From NCBI GenBank assembly GCA_963575745.1, contig CAUYUJ010000176.1:62001-117196 (forward strand): 55,196 nt of DNA. The letters are read 5' to 3'. Made by a program: the position numbers and the translations under genes. Source of the stretch: Prorocentrum cordatum (Eukaryota). Within the stretch, counting starts at the first letter, position 1. Each line of letters begins with the position of its first letter. A model generated the notes under the pieces. It was not told where the DNA came from. It did not search any database and saw nothing but the letters and a program-made list of their open reading frames with translations. This document shows positions 34,393-46,644 of the stretch, one piece after another.

Positions 34393-34523
34393 CTTGGCAT
34401 CGCTCGGACGTGTGCCTTTTCCCTTCGGCGAGGACCATCGAGGAGCATCCTTGATCACTTGGCGAAAAAAACACGCACGAAACCGAAAAAAACACAGGGA
34501 ACGGACGTCCGAGCGATGCCCAG
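34393..34523 (+). mobile_element. MITE family B copy with perfect 16-bp TIR core and 13-bp flanking direct repeat
   Basis: GGCATCGCTCGGACGT/ACGTCCGAGCGATGCC; flanks AGGGAGGTCTGTC / AGGGATGTCTGTC. Confidence 0.85.
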
Positions 34524-34903
34524 AGGGATGTCTGTCCATCCGCACCCAAGTCGTGGCCGTCATGGGCCTCTTCTTGGGATGAGGCACCAATCGGCCTCTC
34601 GGATGGGCACCATACGCCCGTCCACAACCAAAGGAAGCGCACCATTTGCCTTCCGCATTTCTTTGGCAATTGATTGCAACACTCATGGACCTTTTTCATT
34701 TGATACTTCAACCTCTCTCCAATGGGGAGGGTCTCTGGGGGCAGATCCTGGGCCGCCGTAGTCTCGGCTCGCCCTGCGGCGAGCGACGGGCGGCGCCGGG
34801 TCGGACGGCCAGAGTTTTTGTTCGGGCGGGCGTTGGGAACGCCGATCTCCACGTTTTGCTCTGCCTCCCCCCGGCCTCGGTCTGGGGCTGCGGCCCCCCT
34901 TTC

Positions 34904-35113
34904 TGGACGCCCGAAATGGGTACGGAAAGAATGGGTACTATGCCCAACAGCAGGTCCTGTTCATTTTGAACAAGATCCGCTGTCCACGCCGCCGCGGCCT
35001 GTGTCCATTCGAGACAGGAGGCCGCCTGCCCAACAGCGGCCGCTGTTGGTTTGGGACAGCATTTGCTGTTGGGCATCGTACCCATTTTTGTCGGTACCCA
35101 TTTCGGGCGTCCA
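34904..35113. mobile_element. Foldback/MITE-like element with ~48-bp inverted arms
   Basis: TGGACGCCCGAAATGGGTAC...TGCCCAACAGCA pairs with TGCTGTTGGGCA...GTACCCATTTCGGGCGTCCA. Confidence 0.75.
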
Positions 35114-35845
35114 AATTTTCGACTAGACGTAAGAGTGACCTTTCGCTGGAGTGACCTTTGGTGCGGGCACAGATGGGCCCCCAGGTGGCTGACAACGACG
35201 CAGGAGCAGCGGCTTGCGCGCCCAGGTTTGGTCTCCCCGTGGCCCCCGAAAAGCCGCGCACCAAAGCTCACTCTTACCCAGGGTCACTCTTGCGTATAGC
35301 CGACTTTTTCCTCCCCCATCTCTGGTTAATTCAAGCTTCGCGCGGCCCGCTCAGCTCCGACCGGAAGAGGTGCGCTCTCGACCCGCGAATCAAACATGTT
35401 TGGCTAGGCCCCCGTTTAGGAGGCCCTGAGTACCGTAGACGGGGGCACAGTAAACGGGGGCATATGCAAAAGCCAAAGCCCCCGTTTAGCTGAACCTCCG
35501 TTCAGGAAGCCCCGAGAATCCGTTCCAGAGCGTTCCCGAAGGCTCCCGGCGCGTTCGGGAACGCTCTGAGAAGGCCGCGGCGCCCGAGACGTCCTCCAGA
35601 GTCGCCGGATCTCAGAGATTCTCGATTCATCCTCCCCCGAAGGTGTCTTCGTCCTGGCTTCGTCTTAGAGGGATCGCATATCGAGGAACGGCTGCTGCGT
35701 TCGGGTGTTACTACAGGTGCCCCTCGCCCAAGCTTCGGGGCGGACAGAGCCCCCAACAGTGTCACGTCGGTTAGTGGATTGCCCGTTCTCGGTTCTCGAG
35801 AGGGCGCCGCGGCCGATATTCTCGACGTATCCACCCTCGAATGTA

Positions 35846-36027
35846 CTCCAGATTTCGTAATAAAAGGGAGGGGGTCTGGACCCTCCAAGACAAGCCATTT
35901 CAGACCCCCTCCCGTGGGAGAACCCTCCAAGACATCGTCCCCAGACCCCCCCAGGCCCTCCAAGATAGCCTGGAAGAGACCCCCCCCCGAAATGAGACCC
36001 CCCATCCCTTTATTACGAAATCTGGAG
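35846..36027. mobile_element. MITE with CTCCAGATTTCGTAATAAA TIR (Tc1/mariner-like)
   Basis: 19-bp perfect TIR, TA on the left side. Confidence 0.8.
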
Positions 36028-36294
36028 GACGAGGGAGGAGGGAGGAGGAGGAGGAGGAGGAGGAGGAGGAGGAGGAGGAGGAGGGGAGGTGAGGAGGAGG
36101 GAGGGAGGAGGAGGAGGAGAGGAGGAGGAGGAGGAGGAGGAGGAGGAGGAGGAGCTCGTCCTGGCTGCGCCTCGCGCAGCTCGCCCCGCGGCGGGCGGCG
36201 GCCGGCAGCGGGTCGAGCCGACGGGGGGATGCCCTGTGGTCCCAACGGGTGGGGTTGCCGGCTGGTGGGCCTCGTCGATGGTGTCGTGTACGTT

Positions 36295-36415
36295 CGGGCG
36301 GGGCAGAAACACACAGACACGATGAATCGTCGATCCCCCAGAAAAACCTGGTATGCGAAAATATAAGGGGATCCTGTTAGTTGCGTCTATTTATGTGTGT
36401 GTCCGAGGGCCCCTT
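36295..36415 (+). mobile_element. Repeat family A copy (shortened)
   Basis: ACACACAGACAC..GAATCGTCGAT..GTGTGTGTCCGAGGGCCCCTT. Confidence 0.7.
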
Positions 36416-36469
36416 CATATGTAGCGGTCGTCGGTACGGGCTACCGGGGGATGACAGTGGGGGGCCCAT

Positions 36470-36625
36470 GCCAAGAGCCACCCTGCTTGCCTCCAGGGTG
36501 CCCTGGGTTGCTTGGATGTCGATGGTTTTGCCGTGGGAAGCGTGACTTTCCCACCAGAAATCCATGGACGTCCTGGGGTCTCAGGGTTGGGTTTCTTGTG
36601 GAAGGTTTCTTGTGGACTGTCCTCC
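36470..36625 (+). repeat. Dispersed repeat, second copy at ~45052-45205
   Basis: Shared CTTGCCTCCAGGGTGCCC and CAGGGTTGGGTTTCTTGTGGAAGGTTTCTT. Confidence 0.75.
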
Positions 36626-38539
36626 AGCGTAATGGTCTACCAGGGCATTCGGTGCAGTACTCACGGAGTGGTGGTGGATCTGCTTGTTGTGGTCGGAGGT
36701 CCAGGAAGACAGCCGGCCCTGATCAGCAGGTCGACCTTGCCGAATTATGGCTCCATACATACCATCTCAGTTCAGACCAGCTTTGGCTCGCGCGGACTCG
36801 CTACCTGCGCCGCGAGGCCCCGGAGCTGTGCCACACGCGTGCTGACTTAATCGGAGCACACAATGAATCAGTTTATACATTCGGCTGACCATTATGATTC
36901 TTGGGAAGTTACTGCGGACGTCGAATTGCAGCCCATGTGTGCGGTGTGGCATGATGTTCCACTGTCACGACGTTGGTGCAGAGTGTTTTTGCGACGTTGT
37001 CGTCGCCCCCCCCTCTTCTCCGATTCTCGCCACTTGTTTCCCTAGTGGTATCAGCATTGGTGCCGGCGGTCCTGCCCCCCCTCCTCCACGCGCAAATCTG
37101 TGTCGATTCTGGCGATTCGTTTTGGGATTGGCGGACCTGTTTGAATGCGGTTTCGATTGGTGTATACTTTCTGGTGCGTTTTCCCTGCAACACGTGGCCA
37201 AAAAATGTACACCACTCCGCCGGGGCCGGTTTCGCGCCTCATTGGTAGATATTTTGAGGGCGGTTTTCCTGCCTGCGCTGTCAGGGGCCCGCCCGTCTTT
37301 TTAGAGCCGCGTCACGTGGGGCACCGTGCCCCATGGCTTTTCCCGACATGCTTGTAGGACCCCGTGCGCAGTGCTGCGCATGTCGCTTTCGTTTTACCTC
37401 GCCTTGCCGTTGACAGCCCGACCGCGCTGGTACCTTGAAAAAGCCGCAGATCCGCGTGAATGTGGCGCGTGCATGTTTGCACTGTTCCAGCGAAGCGCGC
37501 TCCTGGATATGTCTCGCGAGCGTTGGTGTTTGGGCCTCTTTCTGAAGTAATTACTGCTCGATGAACGCCAGAGTGCTACGTTGTGCGTGCGTGTCCATCC
37601 TCGTTTTCTTCGGTGGTTTGGTATGCACCTCGTCCTGTTTTCCCCAGCAGCTATTACCACGTGGACTATGGGATTCCCCTTGGGGGGCTTGCGGGGCTTG
37701 CGGCGCGCGGTTATTTACTCCTCTGCCTCATCTCTACGGGTTGCGGAACGTCCTCAGGTTGTAGCATGTGTTTGTTTTTGTGGCGGTGTCGTATTTGCGT
37801 CCTCGCACCCGCAAGCTTACAGTCTGGCCCCGTGTGACTGTTCAGCGTTCTGGGTGGCGCCTTGTCTACGGTTGCTAAGTGGTGTTGCGCAGTTAAGCAC
37901 TAGCTGCGCAGTTAAGCACTAGTCGCATTGGATGGCGATCAGCTTGGGTGTATCGGAAGCTTTCTGTTGGTCGTATTCTTCACAATATTGTTTAATGTTT
38001 GCGCAAGTTTCGTTGTATCACTACATCATGCGCGCCGTGGACCGCTGGTTATGTTTTATGTACTTGGCCCTCGAACTGTGTTTCGTTGGGTACTCACTCG
38101 TATATGGCGCTGACGAGGGTGGTGCACTGTTTCTGCTGCAAGGTGCTTTCGGTCATCCTTGAGGTCTTCGTGGTGTTCGTGCTGGCCACGTCCGTTCTGG
38201 TTTCCTCTGCGTGGCTGAAGTAAAAATCTTCCTTCTCCTGCTGCTGCTCCTCTTCCTCCTCCTCCTCCTCGTCCTCCTCCTCCTCTTCTTCCTCCTCTTC
38301 CTCCTCCGCATCCTCCTCCGCCTCCTCCTCCTCGTCCTCTTCCTCCTCCCCCCAATGCTTTCCCGAATTTCAGAGTTCAGCTTGGCGTTGCACACAGTCA
38401 AAAGATGCTCGTTCTCCTCCTCTTCCTTCTCCTCCTCCTCCCCCTCCTCCTCCTCCTTCTCCTCCCCCTTAATCCTCCTCGTCCTCTCTTTCCTCCACCT
38501 CGTCCTCCTCCTCCTTTTCCTCATCCATCCTCTCCTTCC

Positions 38540-39620
38540 TCCGCCAACACCACTTCGGTTGAAGCGAATGCGCGGCTCGGCGTTTCCCTCCCGCGGCGAG
38601 CGCGAGCTTAAATGGGACCCCGTGGACGCGGGTGCCATCGTCGAGGCGGTGGGCGCGGCTCTGTTGCAGCCAAGGCACCTCGGCGCACGGTCGCGGCTGT
38701 GTGGCGCGTTCGGCAGTCAGCGCCGCGCTCTTCGCGCTGCGCGGCGGCGTGGCGCCGCCTGCTGCTGGCGTAGCGCTTCGCGGAGCTGAGCGACAAGCTG
38801 CTCTTCCGCTGCTGCTGGTGCTGCTGTTGCTGATCTGCCGAGCGTCCCCGCTGCTGCTGCTGCTGCGCGCGCTCGAGCCTCCACGGAGGCGCAGCGCGAG
38901 CGGCGCCGCTGACGCCGTCTGCGCCTGGCGGGGAGGAGATTGCTGGAGAGAGGAAAGGCGGCTGCTGCTGCTGCTGAAGGTGGCTCGAGTCGCCGCTGTC
39001 GCACCCATGTCGCTGGACGGCCCCGAATTCGCGGCCACCGACAACGCCGTGGGCTTCGACGACGACTCGTGGGCTGACGCGGCCGCGCCATCTCGGCGTG
39101 GGCGGCGCCGCGCTCCCCGGCGTGCTGCGCAGGCACCTGCGGCGGCTGAAGCCGATGGCCTCGCCTTGCCGTATGCAGAGGCCGTGCCAGTGGCGGCCCC
39201 GGCTGAGGACGAGCGCACGGCCGTGCTCGCGCAGGTCATCTCGGTGTCGCCCTGCCCCGACTGCGATTCCATCTTCTCTGGCCTCGCGCTGGGTGGGCTG
39301 ATGGAGGTCCGCGGGGTGTTTTGCAAGTCGTGAAGCTTGCCTGGCTCCCTTGGGCCCCACTGCCGCCTCGTGGTTGGGCCGCTGCTTGCGTGCCACAGCT
39401 TCGCAGCGGGTGACCTATTGACTGGCACTTCCCCGCCTGTTGGCACAACGTGTAGGCCTTTGCTTGCATGCTCGGTTGGTGTGCCGGCAAGCGGAGCCCT
39501 CCATGTTCAGCATGCGCCGCTGCGCTGGCAGCTGGCGAGGAGTTCGTTAGGATGCGCTCTCCCGACTTCGAACCCCAGCTCCCGCACCCGCGGATGTTGG
39601 GATCGCTACGGCATGCGCTT
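38540..39620 (+). pseudogene. Decayed SL-relic-headed short retro-insertion (element E4), homologous to E3
   Basis: CCACTTCGGTTGAAG is 11/15 identical to the SL 3' part and follows a TCC tract; frameshifted VAAKAPRRTVAAV..ARSAVSAALFAL and DDSWAD motifs are shared with E3; 3' end approximate. Confidence 0.6.
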
Positions 39621-39849
39621 TTTCCTCCTGCGCGTTCTCCTCCTCCCCCTCCTCCCATTCCTCATTCCCTTCCTCCTTTGCGTCTTCTTCCCTCTCTCTC
39701 TCTCTCTCCAGCCTCTTCCTACCCCCATCCAATTGCTCCGCAATAGCTCCCCCTCGTCTGGCCACCAGGCCTGTCGGTAGGGCGGGCCAGTCGCTTCGCG
39801 TGGGACCCCCTTTCGGTCATGACCCCGGAGCAGCGGAGCAGGTTATGTC

Positions 39850-41460
39850 AACAGCTTCACGGATGGAATGGGGGGGCTCCCGAATTGCGGTTTTCGCCAA
39901 AGCGCCACGCACGGCTTCAAAAGCATGCAGCAGCTACAATGACGGAGTGGGGCCGTGTTCGAACTTGAGCTATCGCCTTAAGGCCACCCGGATCTTTCCA
40001 CCTTGCCCCAGCTACGAAATGAAGCGGGGCCGTTTGTAGCAGGGGGCTTTCGCTTCAGTTATCTATATGTTTGATTTGCGTTGCACGTTTGCATCCTTCA
40101 GCAGAGTGGTGGGCTTTCTGTTTGTGCTATGTTTTCAAGACGGGTGTCTCGATTCAGCGCCGCAGGCATTCGTTATGACTGCAGCAAGGGAACCATCGGG
40201 TATGCTCTTCAAAAGGATGCTGTCGTTTCAGGAGCGCGCGCGCGCTCGTCTTGGCAAGCTGCAGCAGCTGAGCGACTGGAGGGCGATGTGCATTCAACCG
40301 TGATAGTATGGATGGGCGGCCTTCCCAAGGGTACCCTTGCATCCTTGCCTCCTCGGTGCATCCTTGGCCACTTTCGTTGGCCGCGCCCCGCTCGAAAACT
40401 TCGAAATGGGCTTCCAAGGGCCTTGTATCCTTACCGCGCATCCTTTTTGTCCTGGTTGACTGTGTTTAAAACATGGGGCTCTCGCCGCAGCGGCGCGCAC
40501 AATCGTCTTAACATCATGAAGCTGCCGAAGGATTGGGGGACGGCTTGCTCTCAACATGGGCTTCTCGCCTCAATGCCGCGCACATTCGTTGTATAGTTTA
40601 CATCTGGCCGAACGAAAGGGGGGGATAGGGGAAGGGGGGGGTACGAAATCTGCTGCATGCAGCTGGTTTCGGCCCCGCCGCCGGGCCCATTCCTCGATAC
40701 ATGAGCGCCTCCCGGCGCCGGGGAGCGCCGGGAGAATCAGCTACGTGAGCTGATTCTCAAACCCCTCTTTGCTATTCCCCCTTTTCGCCCAGCCCGGTTA
40801 CACCAGGTGCACGATGGAGCGGGATCGTTTTTCAAAACGGGGTTCTCGCGTCAACGCCCGCGCACATCTGTCTTACAAAGCGTGCAGCAGTCAACAGACT
40901 GTGGGAACTGGATCTTTCGCCTCGGCGCCGCGCACACGCGTCTTACACACTTGCATCAGCTACGGAGATGGAGGGGTCCGTGTTTGAAATGGATTTCTCG
41001 CTTCAGCGCCGCGCGCAGCCATCCCACAATATGGCAGCAGTTCGAGGACTGGAGGGGAGCGTGCTTTCAACATGGGGCTCTCGCATCTGCAGCGCGCGCA
41101 TTCGCAACAATCCTAAGCCGCTTCAAGGATTGGAGGGTGGTATCCTTTCAATATGAGCCTCTCGCATGAGTGCCGCGTACATTCGTCTTGGCATGTTGAA
41201 TCAGTTGCAAGACGGAGCGGGGTCCTTTTCGAAAATGGGGTTTCAGCTGCCGCGCCGCGCACATTCGTTTTACAAGCTTGCAGCAGTCGAAAGACTGGAA
41301 GATTGTTTCGTTTTTTTAATGGGACTTTGGGCTCAGCACCGCGCGTATCCGTTCCAAACAGTTTTCACCAGTTACAATGGTGGAGCGGGGCCTTGTTCAA
41401 GAAAGGGGCTCTCGCCGAAGCGCCGCACGCATTTGTGTTCCAAGCTTGCACATGCAAGCC
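39850..41460 (+). repeat. Degenerate ~62-bp satellite-like array (..CTCTCGCC..AGCGCCGCGCACATTCGTCTT..), interrupted by a MITE
   Basis: Recurrent motif; same family at 49130-49460 and 54660-54790. Confidence 0.7.
40603..40797. mobile_element. MITE copy homologous to 20412-20607 (CGAAAGGGGGG/CCCCTTTTCG TIR core)
   Basis: Near-identical internal TACGAAATCTGCTGCATGCAGCTGGTTTCGGCCCC. Confidence 0.78.
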
Positions 41461-41885
41461 CACTCCTGCCCCCCCCCCCACGCGATCCCCTCCCTGCTCT
41501 CACTGAGCCTGTGAGCCGCACGGTGTCGACCTGCAACGGTCTGTCCGTGCCCGCAACGCGTCGACCGCGCCGACGTTTCCCTGACGGCGTTTCTCTTGAG
41601 GGTTCCACGGCAGCCGGGCCGAGGCAGAAGATCGAGGTCGGTTCGGGGGGCGTACCCTCATGTTCTTCACGTTTGTGGGATGTCCTCGTGCACCCTGAGG
41701 GACGGTACTCTCGGATGCTCTGTGCGTTCGGGCTGGCGGAGGGTCTCATGTTCTTGAGCGATGTTCTTCTGCCCGAGGTCCGACTGTGGTGGTACGAAAG
41801 GACCGCAGAAGAGTCCCGCAGGGGGTCCGGCAGCCGTTTCGTTTGAGACTCGCAATCGATTCAGGAATCGTGCTAAAGACAACGC

Positions 41886-42012
41886 CTCGGCATCGTTCGG
41901 ACGTGTGCATTTTTGGGGGCGGGGACCATCCAGGAACATGCTGGACCATCTTGCGAAAAGTACGCGCGACATCGAAACATGCACGGGGAATGGACGTCCG
42001 AGCGATGGCGAG
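41886..42012 (+). mobile_element. MITE family B copy, TSD ACGC
   Basis: ACGC|CTCGGCATCGTTCGGACGT ... ACGTCCGAGCGATGGCGAG|ACGC. Confidence 0.82.
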
Positions 42013-42182
42013 ACGCGCCTCGTAAGGACGCGCGCCTTCGTCTAGGGTGCCCTTGTGTCCTTGCCTCTGCGGCCCGTCCTCGGCCGTTTTCACGGGCCGC
42101 CTGCCGCCCACAAAAATCCCATTTTCGGTCTCCAAAGGTCTTGGGTCCTTGACACCCGTCCTTCATGCACGTTTTGCCTGTA

Positions 42183-42361
42183 CAGTCGGGGCGCTGAAGA
42201 GGGAACCCTTTTCGTTGGGGAGGGGCTCCGTGTTCCTTGAGTATTTCACAGCTTGCCTCAGGTTTTCCTTTTGTTTTCCATGGGAAATGAAAACAACTTA
42301 ACTCACGGGAAAAAGGAGCCCCGTTCCTTATTCAGGGTTCCTTAGGTCAACGCCCCGACGG
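42183..42361. mobile_element. Tc1/mariner-type MITE, copy 2 of the 6707-6882 family
   Basis: TA-flanked, same TIR and internal sequence. Confidence 0.8.
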
Positions 42362-42453
42362 TAGCGCCTCAGTGCCGAATCCATGTCTGGCCTGGACGGC
42401 CACGACCCTTTATGAAACACACGCTGTGGTGCGCGTGAGGCCGTGCTCTCACC

Positions 42454-42616
42454 CAAGAGGGGACAAAAACACACAGACACAATGAATCGTCGTTTCCCCA
42501 GAAAATCTGGGAAAATATGGGAAGCGGGTGGGCAGACGAAAGTCCCAGAAAATATGGAAAAATATGGGGAATCCTTTTCATTTGTGTGTATTTATTTGTG
42601 TGTCCCAGGGCCCCTT
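42454..42616 (+). mobile_element. Repeat family A copy
   Basis: Family A motifs. Confidence 0.8.
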
Positions 42617-42849
42617 CACTCACCCTCGCCCCGGCGCGTTTTCACGAGCCGGCCCCCCTGTCTTCGACCTGCTTCTTCCCCAGGCATCCGTCGTCGCAAT
42701 TTGTTCGAGACGCGGGCCCCCGACCTCTTGACCACCTCCCTGCAGTTTCTTCCCGAGTAGTTCTCTGACGGCCCCGAGGCCCGGTATAAGGGCCCGGAGG
42801 TGCCGAAAACGATGGCAAACATGTGTCTCGTTTTTTTCGAGACGCCAAA

Positions 42850-43014
42850 CCCACCAAACCACCCCAACCCAACCCGAAGGCCTCAATTTGCCCTCCATTT
42901 CCAGTGGGGGGGGGGTCGGGGAACGTTGAGAAAACACATGGTGCCCGTACCCCCCCCAACCCGAAATTCGGATCAAATTCGGGTCTTCGGGTTGGGTTGG
43001 GGTGGTCTGGTAGG
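42850..43014. mobile_element. MITE with ACCA(A/G)ACCACCCCAACCCAACCCGAAG TIR
   Basis: ~28-bp inverted termini; truncated copy at 20190-20325. Confidence 0.78.
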
Positions 43015-43356
43015 TAGCCAGATGTCTGGGTCAACCTTTCTGGCTGTCAGGGTCCTGCGTTCTCCCCGCGCGCGAGGACGGCGCCCGAGGGCGCGCCAGC
43101 GGCGCCCCGGCTCGCCTTCGCGGGGGCGGGCGACCTCGCGGACAACACCACGCGGGACAAGGCCCCAGGGCAGGAGGGGGGAGGGAGAGGAGGAGGAGGA
43201 GGAGGAGGATGAGGAGGATGAGGAGGAGAAAAAAAAACAAGAATAGTACTACGAATGAAAGAAAGAAACATAGACATGAGACGAAGAACAATAAGAAGAA
43301 GAAGAAGAAGGAGAAAAAGAAGAGGAGGAGGAGGAGGAGGAGGAGGGCACGGATGT

Positions 43357-43604
43357 CTTTCGCCGGGGTTGGCTTTCGCCGGGCTTCGTTTCGCCGGGCT
43401 CCGTTTCGCCGGGCTTCGTGTCGCCGGGGTTGGCTTTCGCCGGGGTTGGCTTTCGCCGGGGTTGGCTTTCGCCGGGGGTTGGCTTTCGCCGGGGTTGGCT
43501 TTCGCCGGGTTGGCTTTTGCCGGGGTTGGCTTTCGCCAGGGTTGGCTTTCGCCGGGGTTGGCTTTCGCCGGGGTTGGCTTTCGCCGGGGTTGGCTTTCGC
43601 CGGG
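43357..43604. repeat. Minisatellite of 16-bp CTTTCGCCGGGGTTGG units (plus 15-bp variants)
   Basis: About 15 near-perfect tandem units. Confidence 0.95.
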
Positions 43605-44574
43605 GCCGGGCGGGGAGCAGGCGGGGCAGGCTCAGGGGCAGGCGATGAATGGGTAATGGGGTATCGATGTCTCCTTTCCCCTCTTAGCAATTTCTTGTGT
43701 CGGGCCGCTTCCAGAAGCGGCTGGCGGTCGTGGTGGCGGTCGCAGTTGATGGGGGCGTTGGCCCGAGACTTCCGACGCCGGGGAAAAACAAAACGGTCAG
43801 TTTTTTGGGCCGGCGTCGGCCTCAGGGAGGCCGTGACGTCCTTACCTAGGACGCGCCAGGATAAAAATATGTCCTTGGGAACGACTGCGGACTTCAGGAA
43901 GCCGCCGGCGTAAACAAATCCGGGGGTCGGAGGACAGGGCCAGAAGTCGCCGTGCAGGAGTAGGTGAGGGGGCGGGGGCGCGGCGATGAAGGAAGAGGCT
44001 CGAGACCCTTGTTGCAGGGCGGGCAGCGGGCAGCGCACGGACGGGCAGCGGGCAGCGCCGTTCCTGCTGTCGTGTCTCGGCTCCTCCTGTCATCGAGCAC
44101 AAAAGCCCTAACAGTAAGTCGGGCGTGTCCCCCTACAGGGGGAATATTCAAAAACAGTGAAAACAATAGTCTGGGGATATTTTTTTGAGTATTTTTGAGC
44201 GTGTCTGGAGTCTTTTTTATCATTTTGAACTTTTCATCCAAAATCCCCCTGTGGGAGGATACGCCCGACCTATCCCGAACACTAATAACACGATGAAGAC
44301 GCGGCCTCACTGAGGTCCCCGTCTTCGCATTAAAGATACCACATCTGGGCGGTTGTGTCTGACATATCTGCAGACAACAAAACCATTGTCGCTGATGCTT
44401 TCTGGCCCTCCAAACGTGTGTTCTCTCCCAAACGGGGTTCTTTTTTGGTGGATCCTCCTGTCTCTCCCAAAGAGTCCTCTCCCAAAGGGTCCGGGGGGCC
44501 CTCTCCGAAAGGGTCCTCTCCCGAAGGGTCCTCTCCCAACTTAGGTCCTCTCCCAAAAGGGTGAGGGGTTCTTT

Positions 44575-44735
44575 CAGGAGAGGGAAAAAACACACAGACA
44601 CAATTGATCCTCGATTCCACAGAAAATATGGGAAAATATGGGAAGTGGGGGGGAAGACAGAAACCCCGAAAATATGGGAAAATATGGGGAAGATTTTTAT
44701 TTGTATGTATCTATTTGTGTGTCCTGGGGCCCCTT
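44575..44735 (+). mobile_element. Repeat family A copy
   Basis: Family A motifs. Confidence 0.8.
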
Positions 44736-46644
44736 CATTCTTGTTTGGTGGATCCTCCCGTCTCCTCCCCAGTGCGCGGCTCGCAGGTTCTCTGCGCCCT
44801 GGCGGCGGCGTCCGCCAACCAGAGCGGCCTGGAGGCACGCGCCCGCCGCCAAGGAGCGCGAAGGGGCTGGAGAGAGAGAGCGAGAGAGAGAAGAGAGAGA
44901 GAGGAGCAGGAGGAGGAGGAGGAGGAGGAGCAGGAGGAGGAGGAGGACGATGAGGAGAGAGAGACGGAGAGAGAGACGGAGAGAGAGAGAGAGAGGCTCT
45001 CTCTGTCGCTGTGTCAGAGAGCCACAGCTCCCGTGGTACAGTGTAGACCCGTGCCAAGAAACACCCTACTTGCCTCCAGGGTGCCCCGGGCTTACGTGTT
45101 TCGGTGGCTCTGCTGTGGAAAGCGTGACGTTCCCACACCAAACGCCAATTGGCGTCCTGGGGCCTCAGGGTTGGGTTTCTTGTGGAAGGTTTCTTCTGGA
45201 CTGGCCTCCATTGTATTCCGCGGCATATATTTTGAGGCACCGGTTCTTCCTTTCACTGCGGAGATGGTCGTTTCTTTCGCTTCATGTTTTTCAAGTTGAG
45301 GGATCCAAGCCAAGCGGACGCGCGTTTGTTTCAATTTGCAGGCTTGTCACCGTAGTGACCCAGGCGTCCGAAAGAGAGAGAGAGAGAGAGTGTGAGGATG
45401 ACACAACTGCATGGCCCTGATCCGCTGAGCACGCCAGGGAGGGGGGCCCAACGCTGATCCAAGGCAACCCGCGTGGACCTCCGACAGCACATGCTAATGC
45501 AATTGTTCGTTTTCTTGTTGGGCCGAAGCTATGGTATTTAGAGACTGCACTGGATGAGTAAGTTGCAACGCATGCCTCGGGATACAAACAACTGGCAGAG
45601 GGAAAGCAGATTGACCGCTGAAGCGCAGTAGCGCTGCTAGGCAGTGAGCGTAGGAAAGTAGAACTGGCAGACCAGCGGCGTAGGACGCACAAGAAGAAGA
45701 CGAAGGGGAAGCATATTGGTGGCCAGGACCGACGTCGTTATAAAATACAGGGGGCCGCTGCCGCTGTTGAACTTCCCACAGCCCGCCCTGCTGCCACGAT
45801 CAGCCTGCGAGGCTTTCGGCACCATCAGGCTCGCGGCTCGTGCGGCCTGAGATCGAGCCGTTGGACGCGAGTGCGAATCACAAAAGTGCGTTTTGACTTG
45901 AATTGCAGTTGGAGTCCAGCCGTGGCGAGGAGGCCGTTCCAGCAGATCCCAAAACGGCCTTAATCGCCAGAGAACCGGCATCCTCGCCCGAGGATGGGGG
46001 AACGAGGATCCTGCCCCAAGAAGGCCATGGACCTTCGGCGACGGTTCGCCGTCACGTAGGCGCGTGTGTGGTCCAGATTGCGCGTCCTCTCCCTCAGTAC
46101 GTGAGGCTGGTGTTCTCGAAGCGCCGCTGACGGCTACACCACCGGCCTTTTCTCCTCCCGGGACTTCACCACCGGGCTCCTGTCCAAGGTGTACCTTTTC
46201 CTGCGCGTAAAAAAAACCGTTCGGCACCGCCTGATCCCCGGGCTTCGCCCGCTTCTGGCCGCGTGAGGCCCCGCCTGCTCCCGCCCTTTCTCTGTCAATT
46301 AAAGCTGTGCGCGTCCCGCGGAGCTTTTAGCGGAAGAGGCTCGCTCTCGCCCTGCAGATCAAAAAAAATGCGGTCCAGAGAGCGGCAAAAGCACACACTT
46401 TTCAGGTCCGAGCAGACTTCTTCATCCATGGGCGCCGGGGCCCCCCGGCAGCGCCCACGGCGCCGCCGTTGGTGCGCTGCGCTCGCCAGGGAGGGGGTCT
46501 TGCGCCGATCCAAGGACTGCGTTCGGACCTTTGAGTTTATACTCATGCAACTTGCAATGTTCCCCATCCCTTCAGTGGGATTCTTGCATTCTCCAGACAC
46601 CCCCGCGTTGAAGCAGACCCTGACCCTCTACCCACCTCTTTTGA

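Noticed and set aside
45400..46000. Possible decayed coding sequence
   Set aside because: Protein-like composition in one frame, but interrupted by stops and with no motif I can recognise; a BLASTx search would be needed.
46095..46160. RKGRWCSRQRRFE on the minus strand, resembling a tyrosine recombinase C-terminal motif
   Set aside because: No upstream HxxR motif, no correctly placed catalytic Tyr and flanking stops; probably chance.
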